DNA from: Clostridia bacterium
GTDB taxonomy: Bacteria > Bacillota > Clostridia > UBA1212 > DUPL01
DNA: 64,000 bases
NCBI GenBank assembly: GCA_050951325.1
Contig: JBMNIW010000012.1
Location: 96,001 to 160,000, forward strand
Direction: 5' to 3'
The first letter of the stretch is position 1; each line of letters starts with the position of its first letter. The notes under the pieces were generated by a model. The model searched no databases. It was given only the letters and a program-made list of their open reading frames with translations, and was not told the DNA's origin. A program made the translations under genes and the position numbers. Below are positions 20,792 to 30,247 of the stretch, in pieces.

Positions 20792-21106
20792 TCAGCTCTG
20801 TAACTCTCCAAAATAGAAACCTGGATGTTTTGTATTACCTATATTATCTTTCATCCCATTAGCATAAGGATCAAAGGTTATGTCTTTATTTAGATATCTG
20901 TCGAGCAAGTCATCTATAGCTGCAAATACTGCGGCAGCACTACAATCATGCAGTGTTCCGCTATTAAAACTAACATTATATGATTTATTATCAACTTTTA
21001 GAGTCCCTTTAAAGTTAAAATGTTTGTAGCCAAAACACGTATCTGCAATGCTTTCCCCTAAGCAAATTTCTTCAAATCTTAACTTTGGCTTTTCATACAT
21101 TTTCAT
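20792..21106 (-). CDS. Candidate RiPP precursor (~104 aa) with RRE-type leader YEKPKL, three Cys and a C-terminal Ser
   Basis: MKMYEKPKLRFEEICLGESIADTC...GELQS; AGGGAG RBS; overlaps the end of the rSAM gene. Confidence 0.65.
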   Translation of the reverse strand: MKMYEKPKLRFEEICLGESIADTCFGYKHFNFKGTLKVDNKSYNVSFNSGTLHDCSAAAVFAAIDDLLDRYLNKDITFDPYANGMKDNIGNTKHPGFYFGELQS

Positions 21107-22163
21107 ATATTTCACTCCCTTTCGTTGAGATTAGCTTTTCTAATATCTTATGACTGTATTCAGCCTCTCGGCATAGATATTTTGGATTGCCAAATAAACT
21201 CTTTGTTTCACAGTATCTCAAGGCAGGACATGCCATGCAAAACAACTTATACTTGCAATCGCGACATGCGTCTATTTGCTTCAATTCAGGCACAGTTTCC
21301 ACAAATGTCTCCCAAGCCTTTTCAAAACCCTCGGTCAATGGATCTGTCATAAACTCTCCAAGCAATTGGCATCCAATTAATTTCCCATCCCAAGTAATTG
21401 TATATGACTGGATACCTGCGTCGCATCCAAATAATTCGCTCTTCTTTTCTTCTACTGTATATTCTATCTCTATTGGCTTATCAATTAAATCCTTCGACAA
21501 TCTCTCCAAATACGCTCCATAAATAAAATCAATATTCTCCTCAGGTGACAATCTGCATGCATCCACTTCAGCAATGCCATGGCGTGTGGTTCTACAAACA
21601 ATCCTGCTCCTGCTAAAAGTAATGTCCTCTCCAAAACTCTTTGCCAGCATATATATGTTTTTGTAATCTTCAATGTTGTCTTTAATAATCGTTGTTCTAA
21701 TATTAATTGATGAAGGCAAAGTCGTTAATTTCTTCACTCCATCCAGCATTCTGTAAAAAGCATTGCCGCTACCGCACACCTTATCATAAATGGATGGATT
21801 GGAGCCATAAACAGATATTCCAATCTGATGAGGAGGACACTTTTCCAACGCATCCATTACTTTGTCGCTGACAAGAGTTGCATTGGTGTACAGGACAATA
21901 ACAAATCCCATTTTATATATTTCCGTATAAATCTCGCAAAAGTCCTTTCGCAGCATAGGTTCTCCACCTGTCAGCAAAAGCTGCAATGTTCCGCAGTCCC
22001 TTGCCTGCTTTGCGAGATCAATCCACTCTTTGGTTGTAAGTTCCCTAAGGCCCAAACTGCTTATTGTGTCCTCATCCACCCTGACAAGGCACATTTTGCA
22101 TTTCAGATTGCACCTGGCAGTCAGTTCAAAGGTACCGTTTAAAGGTATTCTCTCTTCGTGCAT
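21093..22163 (-). CDS. Radical SAM/SPASM-domain peptide maturase
   Basis: CNLKCKMC (CxxxCxxC), LTGGEP, YTNATL; SPASM C..G...ITWDGKLIGC...CRDCKYKLFCMAC..C; ATG 22163 after GGAGGAG. Confidence 0.93.
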   Translation of the reverse strand: MHEERIPLNGTFELTARCNLKCKMCLVRVDEDTISSLGLRELTTKEWIDLAKQARDCGTLQLLLTGGEPMLRKDFCEIYTEIYKMGFVIVLYTNATLVSDKVMDALEKCPPHQIGISVYGSNPSIYDKVCGSGNAFYRMLDGVKKLTTLPSSINIRTTIIKDNIEDYKNIYMLAKSFGEDITFSRSRIVCRTTRHGIAEVDACRLSPEENIDFIYGAYLERLSKDLIDKPIEIEYTVEEKKSELFGCDAGIQSYTITWDGKLIGCQLLGEFMTDPLTEGFEKAWETFVETVPELKQIDACRDCKYKLFCMACPALRYCETKSLFGNPKYLCREAEYSHKILEKLISTKGSEIYENV

Positions 22164-22164
22164 T

Positions 22165-22437
22165 TTATTCCTCCTCCATAAGAATACCAAAAGTTTTGAG
22201 TTCCTCCAAAAAGTCACTTGCGTCACTTTTTGCAATCTCCAAAGGAACCTCATACTCCCTCATAATACAAGAGACCAGCTCTTCAAAACCCTTCTCCTCT
22301 TGGAGTACTTCGAATATATATGCGCCTGTTTCATTTAAGACCATAATACCGTTAGCTTTTTTTATTGCCTCTCCAAGTGGGACTATAATATATGCATCTC
22401 TAATTTTCCTCAGTACAAAATTTTGATTGACACGCAT
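22165..22437 (-). CDS. PqqD family / RiPP recognition element (RRE)
   Basis: FVLRKI..YIIVP...LNETGAYIFEVL...EYEV...KSDASDFLEELKTFGIL. Confidence 0.88.
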   Translation of the reverse strand: MRVNQNFVLRKIRDAYIIVPLGEAIKKANGIMVLNETGAYIFEVLQEEKGFEELVSCIMREYEVPLEIAKSDASDFLEELKTFGILMEEE

Positions 22438-22450
22438 TTGCAGCACCTCG

Positions 22451-22717
22451 CTATTCTTCCAGCATTTTTTGCTCTTTAAGGATGGATATGAATGCCTGGA
22501 CATCCTGACGAGCTTCCTCTTCCGTAACGTCATATTCACTTATCAGACTGTCAACTAGTTCGTCAAATGTAGTCTCTTCCATTAGTTTACCGAACAAAAA
22601 CGCTGCTGTATTATTAACTGCAATTACACCATCCAGGTCCACCACACTATCTTCTACTGGAATAATAACGTTAGTACCTGCGATTTTGCGCATAATGTAA
22701 TTTCCGCAAACCTTCAT
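22451..22717 (-). CDS. PqqD family / RRE (second copy)
   Basis: YIMRKIAG..VIIPV...VNNTAAFLF...EYDVTEEEARQDVQAFISIL; GGAGG RBS. Confidence 0.88.
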   Translation of the reverse strand: MKVCGNYIMRKIAGTNVIIPVEDSVVDLDGVIAVNNTAAFLFGKLMEETTFDELVDSLISEYDVTEEEARQDVQAFISILKEQKMLEE

Positions 22718-22739
22718 TAACCCTCCTCCCTTCTTAATA

Positions 22740-23627
22740 CTAACCAACATAGACCACAAGGCGCTGTGTAACACTCACCCCTTCCGAATTACTTACAGAA
22801 TAAGTGACAGTGTACTGACCTTCCTTATTCGTATCCACTTTGCCCGAGAAACCAACTAACTCCGTTAAATCACCATCCTTCTGATCATACGCACTCTTTA
22901 TATACTCATAAGGATTAAATACATCCCCTTTTTTCAAAGCCACGGTTTTTCTTGTAAGTATCAGGGTAGGGCCTGCACTACTACCTTCTACTTCAACAAA
23001 AATGGACTTGCTGGCAACATCGTTGAACATGTTTTGTACAGTGAAAGTAAATTTGTATTTGAAAGAGTCTGCAAATGCTTCATAGTTATACGAAATGGTC
23101 CGAGTAATGTCATTTCCAAAGCCGTCATCCGCCCTTATGGCATCCTTTTCAATCAGAACAGTCACCAAATCATCAAGATCCTCACTGGTTATTACAACAT
23201 CATTTGAAACATGTATTGACGGTCCTGTGTAGTTTATGAGGCTGAGGCGTCTTTCATTGATTGCTAAATTCCCATTTGAGCCAACCACGCTGTACCTTAC
23301 AATCTTCTTTCCAATTGAAGTGTCAGTAACAATAATTACATTGACCTGGTCGGTGATGTCTGTCTTGCCGTCGATATCCAAAGCAGTCACACCTTCCATA
23401 ATGTCAAAAGCCTCTTTTCCAGAGTACTTCATATCACCGAGCGAAAGTCTGATGGTTGGTTTCTTGTTTGAATCAACACCGCTAATGTTTGAAAGGCTCG
23501 CTTTAATAATATCCTTGTTGATTGCATATGCTATGTCCTGATGAAAAAAGTACAACATAAACAAACTGACTATCGATACTGCGGCAAGCACTATTATCGT
23601 TATATTCTTAACAATCTTCAATTGCAT
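22740..23627 (-). CDS. Membrane-anchored protein with tandem bacterial Ig-like (DUF5011-type) domains
   Basis: N-terminal TM; TALDIDGKTDITD, ADDGFGNDIT and AYDQKDGDLT..VDTNKEGQYTVTYSVSNSEG repeats. Confidence 0.75.
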   Translation of the reverse strand: MQLKIVKNITIIVLAAVSIVSLFMLYFFHQDIAYAINKDIIKASLSNISGVDSNKKPTIRLSLGDMKYSGKEAFDIMEGVTALDIDGKTDITDQVNVIIVTDTSIGKKIVRYSVVGSNGNLAINERRLSLINYTGPSIHVSNDVVITSEDLDDLVTVLIEKDAIRADDGFGNDITRTISYNYEAFADSFKYKFTFTVQNMFNDVASKSIFVEVEGSSAGPTLILTRKTVALKKGDVFNPYEYIKSAYDQKDGDLTELVGFSGKVDTNKEGQYTVTYSVSNSEGVSVTQRLVVYVG

Positions 23628-23633
23628 CACCTC

Positions 23634-24845
23634 CTAATTAACAAGACCATATTCTTCAAGAAGAGCAAGCCTCCTTCTTGCAACACTCAAACCTTTAACC
23701 ATTCTAGGCTCTTCTGTTCTTCTCATATATTTAATAATTCTTAATACCCACACAACAGGAAGTAAAAAAGGATGTTTCTGAAGTACTGGGTACGAATATT
23801 TAAGATACTCTCTGGAAGGAAAGCATGCCTTCAAAAACCCGAAAATGACATTCCCTTTCTTCCTGTTTAAAGATGCCACCTGTACAACCGGTCCTGAAAA
23901 AACCCTCTCGCTACTGGACTTTCCAAACACTCCTCCTTCAATCATGTCAACAAGCAAAGCAGCACGGTTTGTTACTTTCAAACTTTTGCCAAAAGGAATG
24001 CCAGAAACGTCTAAACTTATCCCCAGTTCATTATTTCCTATGTCAAACAAGCAGTAAAGCAATTGCTCACAACCGAGTTCTCTAACTATTGCAATTATTT
24101 GCTCCCAGCAAATCTGCTCATAGTACTTTTTTGCATAAAGAACCGAATCCATACACTGCCTTATACCTACACCATAACTTATCAAGTGTTTATATAAGTG
24201 AAGGAAGATAAACAGGAAGTGATCCGTGTGACAAAGGGAGTATATTTCACATCCTTCGATTTCCAGCGTTATGCATCTATCAAAGGATTCCCTAAAGTAT
24301 TTATTAAGCGCCTTCCTTACACCCGATAAACCAAATGGATTAACATGCACTTCAATACATAGATTTAAATCAGGGGATATATATGAAATTGCCTGAGCAT
24401 CCTTTGGGTCTTTGTTTGCACTTGCTGCATCCACTTTGTATCCGTATCTTAAAAGCAAGTCATGGCAAAGATCATAATCTTCCTTTCGTATGTAAATATC
24501 TTCGTCAGAAGATGTCCGAAGATCCGGTGATTCATACAAACTTCTTACAACAAGACCTTTTAACACAAGAGGCTTAACTCCGTTTTGTACAAGATAATTG
24601 TACACCTTAATGAAAGCAAAAGTTCTTTTAGTCTGGCTTATCATGTTGTATAACGCCTGACTACGCATACTCTCTTTACCTTCAAACTCAAGCAAACTTG
24701 CAGCATCATAAACAAGAGGGAGAAGGTTGTGTTTGCGGGCAAGGGTAAATACCTCATCAAGGTCCACATCTAATTCAATATTCGGCTTTTGGTTTCTTAT
24801 ATGACTTTCAATAAGCTTCAAGAACGTCTTGTAGGTCGGGTTCAA
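23634..24845 (-). CDS. Nucleotidyltransferase family protein (NTP_transf_5-like)
   Basis: PLVLKG...Y..PDLRTSSDEDIYI, IEVH, HLYKH...GVGIRQCMD; TTG start after GGAGGTG. Confidence 0.85.
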   Translation of the reverse strand: MNPTYKTFLKLIESHIRNQKPNIELDVDLDEVFTLARKHNLLPLVYDAASLLEFEGKESMRSQALYNMISQTKRTFAFIKVYNYLVQNGVKPLVLKGLVVRSLYESPDLRTSSDEDIYIRKEDYDLCHDLLLRYGYKVDAASANKDPKDAQAISYISPDLNLCIEVHVNPFGLSGVRKALNKYFRESFDRCITLEIEGCEIYSLCHTDHFLFIFLHLYKHLISYGVGIRQCMDSVLYAKKYYEQICWEQIIAIVRELGCEQLLYCLFDIGNNELGISLDVSGIPFGKSLKVTNRAALLVDMIEGGVFGKSSSERVFSGPVVQVASLNRKKGNVIFGFLKACFPSREYLKYSYPVLQKHPFLLPVVWVLRIIKYMRRTEEPRMVKGLSVARRRLALLEEYGLVN

Positions 24846-26586
24846 GACTTTCACCTCCGCCAAATAACGTACACTTGCCGCCACTTACTCGGTACACTCT
24901 GTCACAAATACCAAGCACGCTTGGCCTGTGTGTTGTAAGTATGCAGGTTACTTCGCCCTTTATCCTCTTTATATTCATCAGAATCTTTCTCTCGGTATCA
25001 ACATCGAGGCTGCTGGTGGCTTCATCAAGGAGCAGTATTGGAGCTTTCCTTATCAACGCCCTGGCAATAGAGAGCCTTTGTATCTGTCCTTCCGAAAAAT
25101 TCTTTCCTCTTTCCTCAACATTTGAGTTGATTCCATCCGGCAGGTTTGATACAAAATCATACGCATCTGCCATTACCAACGCATCCTTTATTTCCTCTTC
25201 TGTTGCATCGGGCTTTGCCAGTCTCAAGTTATCTGCAATTGTACCTGAGAATAACATATTGTCCTGAGGAACATAGGAAAAAAGAAGTCTTGCCTTGTCG
25301 TCAAACACAATGTTTTTATGCTTCTCGTTAAAGGGATAAATGCCAAGTCTTCCTTTTTGATGTTTTAATTGTCCAAGCAATATCTTAAGCAGGGTGGTTT
25401 TTCCTCCTCCCGAAGGACCAACCAGTGCAATGGTCTCCCCAGGCCTTGCCAGGATGCACGCATCTTCAAACACCTTCTTTCCTTTTCTGTAACTGAAGGA
25501 AACATCCTCAAGACTAATTACCACTCCTCTTTTCCTTGCACTTTTAAGTGTCTGCTCATCATTGGTAGCATCACAGTCATCTGTTGGCTTTTCAATGATT
25601 TCCATAATTCTTCCTGCTGATGTTGTTGCAGATATGGAAGATGGGATTAAGGATATTAAGGAAGAGAAGCTTGATCTGAGCATACCTGCGAGCTGCAGGA
25701 ACAATACCATTGTTCCAAAGGTAATGAAACCTTGGTACAATCTGAATACCGCCCAGCCAAAACAAAGATATGATACAATTAGTCCGGTTATCGACATAAA
25801 CAGATGAGTGTGTATTGAAAACTTGTTGTAGTCCAGGCTTGTTGTCTTAAAGTTTTCCAACTGCTCTTTGTGTCTGTTTGTAAATACAGACTTCAGCCCC
25901 AGAGCTTTAATAGCTGCAATATTTACAAAAGACTCTTCATGGTAGGACATAAGTTTCGAACTTGCTTCCCTCATTTTTTTGTTGTGCTTCCTCATTTTCT
26001 TTACCAGTAAATCCGATACAATCATTGATACTGGTGCACTGGCAAGAGCCAATATAGCCATAACATAGTCAAAGTACATGATGATTATAAATGAGCCGGT
26101 AAACTGCAATACCCTTGTTATGAAGCTTGGTATCATGCCTACAACACTACCCGCAACAGTCCTTGCATCAGAGTTGATTCTATTTAGAAGGTCTCCTGAA
26201 TGAAAGTCCATTAAATGCTCCGAGTCAATATTTAATATGCTGTCATAGATGTCTATTCTTATGTCATTTATTACCCTTAAATCAATTTTTGAGGTAATCC
26301 TGTTGGTTAGTGCTCCTGTCAATATCTCAAACAAACCAAAAGATATGTATATTACTGCTATCGTGACAATAACTTTTATCTGCCTGTTTGCAAGGCTGTC
26401 TATTAAATATTTGGAGGCAACAGCATTGAGAAGCCCGAATATTGCGCCAATGGAAAAGAGGAAGATATAAAATGCGACTTGTGCTTTATATCTTTTTATG
26501 TACCCTAATATCCATTTTGCCTCTATCCACATTTCTTTTAAAGACCCGTCTTGGATCTTCCTCTTTATGTTAAACAGATTCACCAT
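24808..26586 (-). CDS. ABC exporter (fused TMD plus ATPase, no peptidase domain)
   Basis: Multi-TM N-half with SGDLLNRI; GPSGGGKTT, YVPQ, FSEGQIQR, LLLDEATS and TTHR. Confidence 0.93.
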   Translation of the reverse strand: MVNLFNIKRKIQDGSLKEMWIEAKWILGYIKRYKAQVAFYIFLFSIGAIFGLLNAVASKYLIDSLANRQIKVIVTIAVIYISFGLFEILTGALTNRITSKIDLRVINDIRIDIYDSILNIDSEHLMDFHSGDLLNRINSDARTVAGSVVGMIPSFITRVLQFTGSFIIIMYFDYVMAILALASAPVSMIVSDLLVKKMRKHNKKMREASSKLMSYHEESFVNIAAIKALGLKSVFTNRHKEQLENFKTTSLDYNKFSIHTHLFMSITGLIVSYLCFGWAVFRLYQGFITFGTMVLFLQLAGMLRSSFSSLISLIPSSISATTSAGRIMEIIEKPTDDCDATNDEQTLKSARKRGVVISLEDVSFSYRKGKKVFEDACILARPGETIALVGPSGGGKTTLLKILLGQLKHQKGRLGIYPFNEKHKNIVFDDKARLLFSYVPQDNMLFSGTIADNLRLAKPDATEEEIKDALVMADAYDFVSNLPDGINSNVEERGKNFSEGQIQRLSIARALIRKAPILLLDEATSSLDVDTERKILMNIKRIKGEVTCILTTHRPSVLGICDRVYRVSGGKCTLFGGGESLEPDLQDVLEAY

Positions 26587-27997
26587 AATACCTCAACTTC
26601 CTGTAGTAGGGATATTTGTATAAATAACCGTACCTGTAACCGTAACTGCCTATACCCGTTTCTGTGAATGTTAAAACTGCTCCGAGCACATTCACGCGGC
26701 TGTATGACAAAGACGTCAAAGAGTCTATTATCAGACTTCTTTTGGCATAATCCTGTCTTATGCAGTAAATTGCATGGTCCGCATATTTTGCAAAAGCAAC
26801 AGCATCTGGAACCATGTGACATGGTGGAGTGTCTATTATTACAAAATCAGCCATGTTTCTAAGCATTGCAATAACTTCTACAAGGGAGTAATGTGACAAT
26901 ATCTTGTTTGGATTTTGATATGATTTGTGTCCTGCAAGTAAGCTAATATTGTATTTGTTAATATAATATATGCTGTGTTCTATGGTTTGTTCTCCCTCTA
27001 CAATCTCCCCGATACCTTTAAGAGGCATGACAATATCCAACATGTTCAGGACCGAAGGATTCCTCAAATCACCATCTACAAGGATTACTGAGTAACCCAT
27101 TTGTCCAAGAGAAATACTTAAGTTTATGGCAACGGTTGTCTTTCCTTCCTGGGGTACACTGCCTGCTATTACAATTACATTGTTCTTTTTGTCCGATGTT
27201 TCCTTTAGCAATTTCGTTCGTATCGAACGGATCGACTCGTTAAAAGCACTTCCTACTTTCTCATTCAGGATGTTTATGGAATAATCAATGTCTTTTTTTC
27301 GTCTCTTGAACTTCACCACCGGAAGCACTCCAAGGCATTCGAGGTTGAGTATTTTCCTTACATCATCCACCTTTCTTATTGTTGTTCTGGTCAATGCGTA
27401 AAGGAATATAAATCCGCAGCCAAGCACGAACCCTGCCAGAAAGCCTATCTTTGTCATACGGGAATAAATAGGTCGGTTTGTAGGAGTTGTCGGCACTTTA
27501 GGGGATGACAGCATGTTCATCTTTGTATCTCCTATTACAAACTCAGCCACTTTTGGATAGTTCCTAATTACCGAGTTAAGTATGTTGTATGCGTCATTTG
27601 GGTTTATGCTGGTTACCATTATTGTAAAAAGATTTGTGTCGGGTATTGCTACAGCGTATATACTTCCATTAAGGTAAGGTACGTTCAGATCCTCGCACAC
27701 AATTTCCTGAAGAAGATAGCTGTTTAAAATGTATGGAAATGTTACCGCCATCTGGGATGCGGTCTGACTATTGTAGTAGTAGCGGTAGCTGTACCCTGCG
27801 TAATTGTCCTCATATGCTGCAAGAATTGTGAAGGTGGCTTTTGATGTGTATAACGGAGTATACTTTCTTGCAGAGACATAAAAGAACAGCCAGGACATAA
27901 CGCTTGCAAGCACAAGCACAAGATACCACAATCTTTTTATCCCCTTAATCAAGTCACTTAGAAGTACCATAATATCTATAGAGGTTTCATTATCCAT
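26570..27997 (-). CDS. Fused Wzz-like modulator plus BY tyrosine kinase (Wzc/CpsCD-like) no. 2
   Basis: Two TMs flanking the P.YTSKAT loop; GSVPQEGKTT, LVDGDLRNP, IIDTPP; Tyr cluster SYGYRYGYLYKYPYY. Confidence 0.9.
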   Translation of the reverse strand: MDNETSIDIMVLLSDLIKGIKRLWYLVLVLASVMSWLFFYVSARKYTPLYTSKATFTILAAYEDNYAGYSYRYYYNSQTASQMAVTFPYILNSYLLQEIVCEDLNVPYLNGSIYAVAIPDTNLFTIMVTSINPNDAYNILNSVIRNYPKVAEFVIGDTKMNMLSSPKVPTTPTNRPIYSRMTKIGFLAGFVLGCGFIFLYALTRTTIRKVDDVRKILNLECLGVLPVVKFKRRKKDIDYSINILNEKVGSAFNESIRSIRTKLLKETSDKKNNVIVIAGSVPQEGKTTVAINLSISLGQMGYSVILVDGDLRNPSVLNMLDIVMPLKGIGEIVEGEQTIEHSIYYINKYNISLLAGHKSYQNPNKILSHYSLVEVIAMLRNMADFVIIDTPPCHMVPDAVAFAKYADHAIYCIRQDYAKRSLIIDSLTSLSYSRVNVLGAVLTFTETGIGSYGYRYGYLYKYPYYRKLRYYGESV

Positions 27998-29411
27998 GAC
28001 GCACCTCCTTTGTGTCGTCTTTCTTCTTATACAAAGGGACTCTTCTGTAATAGTAGCTTTTATACATGTTGTTTTTTAGAGAGTTAATAAAAGGAAAACC
28101 TTTAAGATTGTTTAAAACAACGCCAAGCAAATGGCATTTGCTTTGCTCCAGTCTGTCAATTGCATCATTTATTTCTCCAACTCTTGCAAAGTCCTGTTTA
28201 ACTACTAGTATTGAAGCATCTGTAATGTTTGCGAGTATTTCTCCATCGGACACTGCACTAAGCGGCGGTGTATCTATGATTACGAAGTCCATTTCCTTTG
28301 CGTATCCGTCCAAAAGATTTTGAAAATCCTTGCTTGCAAGAATCTCTGCAGAGTCTTTGTATGATTCCTTGTTCAGCATGAGCCATACATTGCTCCTTTC
28401 ATCAACTTTTGGTTTTTTCCCCTGGATGAAATCCCTAAAACTACCTGCATCCTTTTTCCCTAGTATTTTGTACAACGCAGGCTTTTTTAGATCCGCATCC
28501 AACAGTAGAACTTTATGGTTGTTCTCAGCGAGAGTTAGCGCAATATTTGCACACACTGTGGACTTTCCTTCGTTTTCATTTACGCTTGTAACCAGTATGC
28601 TTTTCAATCCCATACGTTGGCAGCTGTTTTCTATTTTCATGCACAATTTTTTGTATGAGCATACAAAATCAAAACTTGCAAACATATCAGTAACAAGTGG
28701 CGTTCTCTTTGCCCGCTTTATAATCTGCCTTATGGTTTTGTACTTTTTCTCATGCCTTATGGTTGAAAGCAGTTTTGTATCCAGCTTGGAATTTGCTTGT
28801 TTTTCATTCTTTACAGTATCCCTAAAGTATGAAAGAGCACAAACTGCACAGGTTGACAAAAACGCACCTGCTGCAAAGGACAGTTTTTTTATCCTTGACT
28901 CATCCATGCTGTTTACCGGCCACCCTGACATCTCAATGTCTTCAATGACTTCAAGGTGCGCATTCCCATATATGTAATCAGACACAAGCCGGTAGTTTTC
29001 AATAATGAGCTTCAAGGTCTTGAAAGCATCTTCAGGATTTTTGGCTGTTACTCCAACCACCAAAAGGTTTGTTTCAGGTATGGCGTAGGCATCAATTTTA
29101 CCAGGAAGTTCATCATACCCTGCAATTTGAGACGCTTTCTCCTTCAAAATATCACTGTCCATTATTTGGGTGAAAATGTTTGCCATTTCTATCGTGGTAC
29201 TTAGATTGGCATACATGGAACTGGTTGCGTCTTTTGTACTCACTACAAATGTAACCTGACTTCTGTACTCAGGCACATATGTGTATCTGACATATGATAC
29301 TGCAAGCATCGCAACAACCGCTCCGCCAAGTACTATTGCCCACAAGTTGAAAAGAATATCTCTCAGCAAAGTAAAGATATCGATATCTTCGACACTAAAC
29401 TCTTTCTCCAT
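27990..29411 (-). CDS. Fused Wzz-like modulator plus BY tyrosine kinase no. 1
   Basis: PEYRSQVTFVV loop between TMs; SVNENEGKST, LLDADLKKP, IIDTPP; YKSYYY tail. Confidence 0.9.
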   Translation of the reverse strand: MEKEFSVEDIDIFTLLRDILFNLWAIVLGGAVVAMLAVSYVRYTYVPEYRSQVTFVVSTKDATSSMYANLSTTIEMANIFTQIMDSDILKEKASQIAGYDELPGKIDAYAIPETNLLVVGVTAKNPEDAFKTLKLIIENYRLVSDYIYGNAHLEVIEDIEMSGWPVNSMDESRIKKLSFAAGAFLSTCAVCALSYFRDTVKNEKQANSKLDTKLLSTIRHEKKYKTIRQIIKRAKRTPLVTDMFASFDFVCSYKKLCMKIENSCQRMGLKSILVTSVNENEGKSTVCANIALTLAENNHKVLLLDADLKKPALYKILGKKDAGSFRDFIQGKKPKVDERSNVWLMLNKESYKDSAEILASKDFQNLLDGYAKEMDFVIIDTPPLSAVSDGEILANITDASILVVKQDFARVGEINDAIDRLEQSKCHLLGVVLNNLKGFPFINSLKNNMYKSYYYRRVPLYKKKDDTKEVRHG

Positions 29412-30247
29412 TACGCATTCCCTTCTTCAACAACACATACCATGCTTGTTGTATAGGTTTCGGCACCTTCGCTCACACTATAGTAGATTTTGTACTCTCC
29501 TGGCTTGGATGTGTCCAGATCGGAATAGATATTCACATGGGAGATGTCAAGAAACAGACCGTCAATGCCCGTTACAGACTGTATGTAATCTTTTGGGTTA
29601 ACTTCCTCACCAGTATTTACATACAAAACGTAACTCTCCAGTTTAATCTTTGGCGTTTTGACATTCCTTTCCCTGACCACCACCTCAAAGCTCAAATCCA
29701 CCACATCGCCTTTTGAATTTGTAACCTTGGCATTTACTGTGTACACTCCGGGTACATTTGTTGTCAGATTGCCAATGTCATACTTTATCTTGTTGCTTAT
29801 GTCCCCATCGATGAGACAATAGCATTTTATGAAGTCTTCCATGTTTATAGTACTGCCGATATAAAACTGTGGTTCATGGTCAATTTGAAATCTTGGTGAT
29901 TCGTAGTCTGTGTACTTTACCTTTCTTGTAAGTTTGGACACGTTGTTATCGCTGTCGCACACCGCATACGTTATGTTGCATACGCCCTTCTCAAGAAACT
30001 TTGATACGTTTTCAATGAGTATTTTGTCAGTCACATCCCCATCCTTGTCGTCATGGGCAGACAACCCTTCAAACAACTTGTCCTTATCCATAATGCTCAC
30101 CTCAATTACTTTACGGTCGCTTGTTATGCTCGGATATGTTCCATTGGTTTTTACTCCGTACACTCCAAACTGGATAAAGTAAAAGATGCCTGTCACAATG
30201 GACAAGAGAAAGACAACCATTCTGAAAATTTTCACAAAAACCCCCAC
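29411..30247 (-). CDS. Membrane-anchored protein with tandem bacterial Ig-like domains
   Basis: N-terminal TM; AHDDKDGDVTD, LIDGDISN..PGVYTV and LDTSKPGEYKIYYSV. Confidence 0.75.
   Translation of the reverse strand: MGVFVKIFRMVVFLLSIVTGIFYFIQFGVYGVKTNGTYPSITSDRKVIEVSIMDKDKLFEGLSAHDDKDGDVTDKILIENVSKFLEKGVCNITYAVCDSDNNVSKLTRKVKYTDYESPRFQIDHEPQFYIGSTINMEDFIKCYCLIDGDISNKIKYDIGNLTTNVPGVYTVNAKVTNSKGDVVDLSFEVVVRERNVKTPKIKLESYVLYVNTGEEVNPKDYIQSVTGIDGLFLDISHVNIYSDLDTSKPGEYKIYYSVSEGAETYTTSMVCVVEEGNA

Noticed and set aside
21093-22717. PQQ biosynthesis (pqqDE)
   Set aside because: No pqqA (ExxxY short peptide), pqqB or pqqC; the PqqD folds are better read as generic RREs.
19071-26586. Lasso peptide cluster
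   Set aside because: RREs, kinase, nucleotidyltransferase and the YxxPxL leader fit, but there is no asparagine-synthetase-like cyclase or transglutaminase-like B2 protease, and the core is too long.
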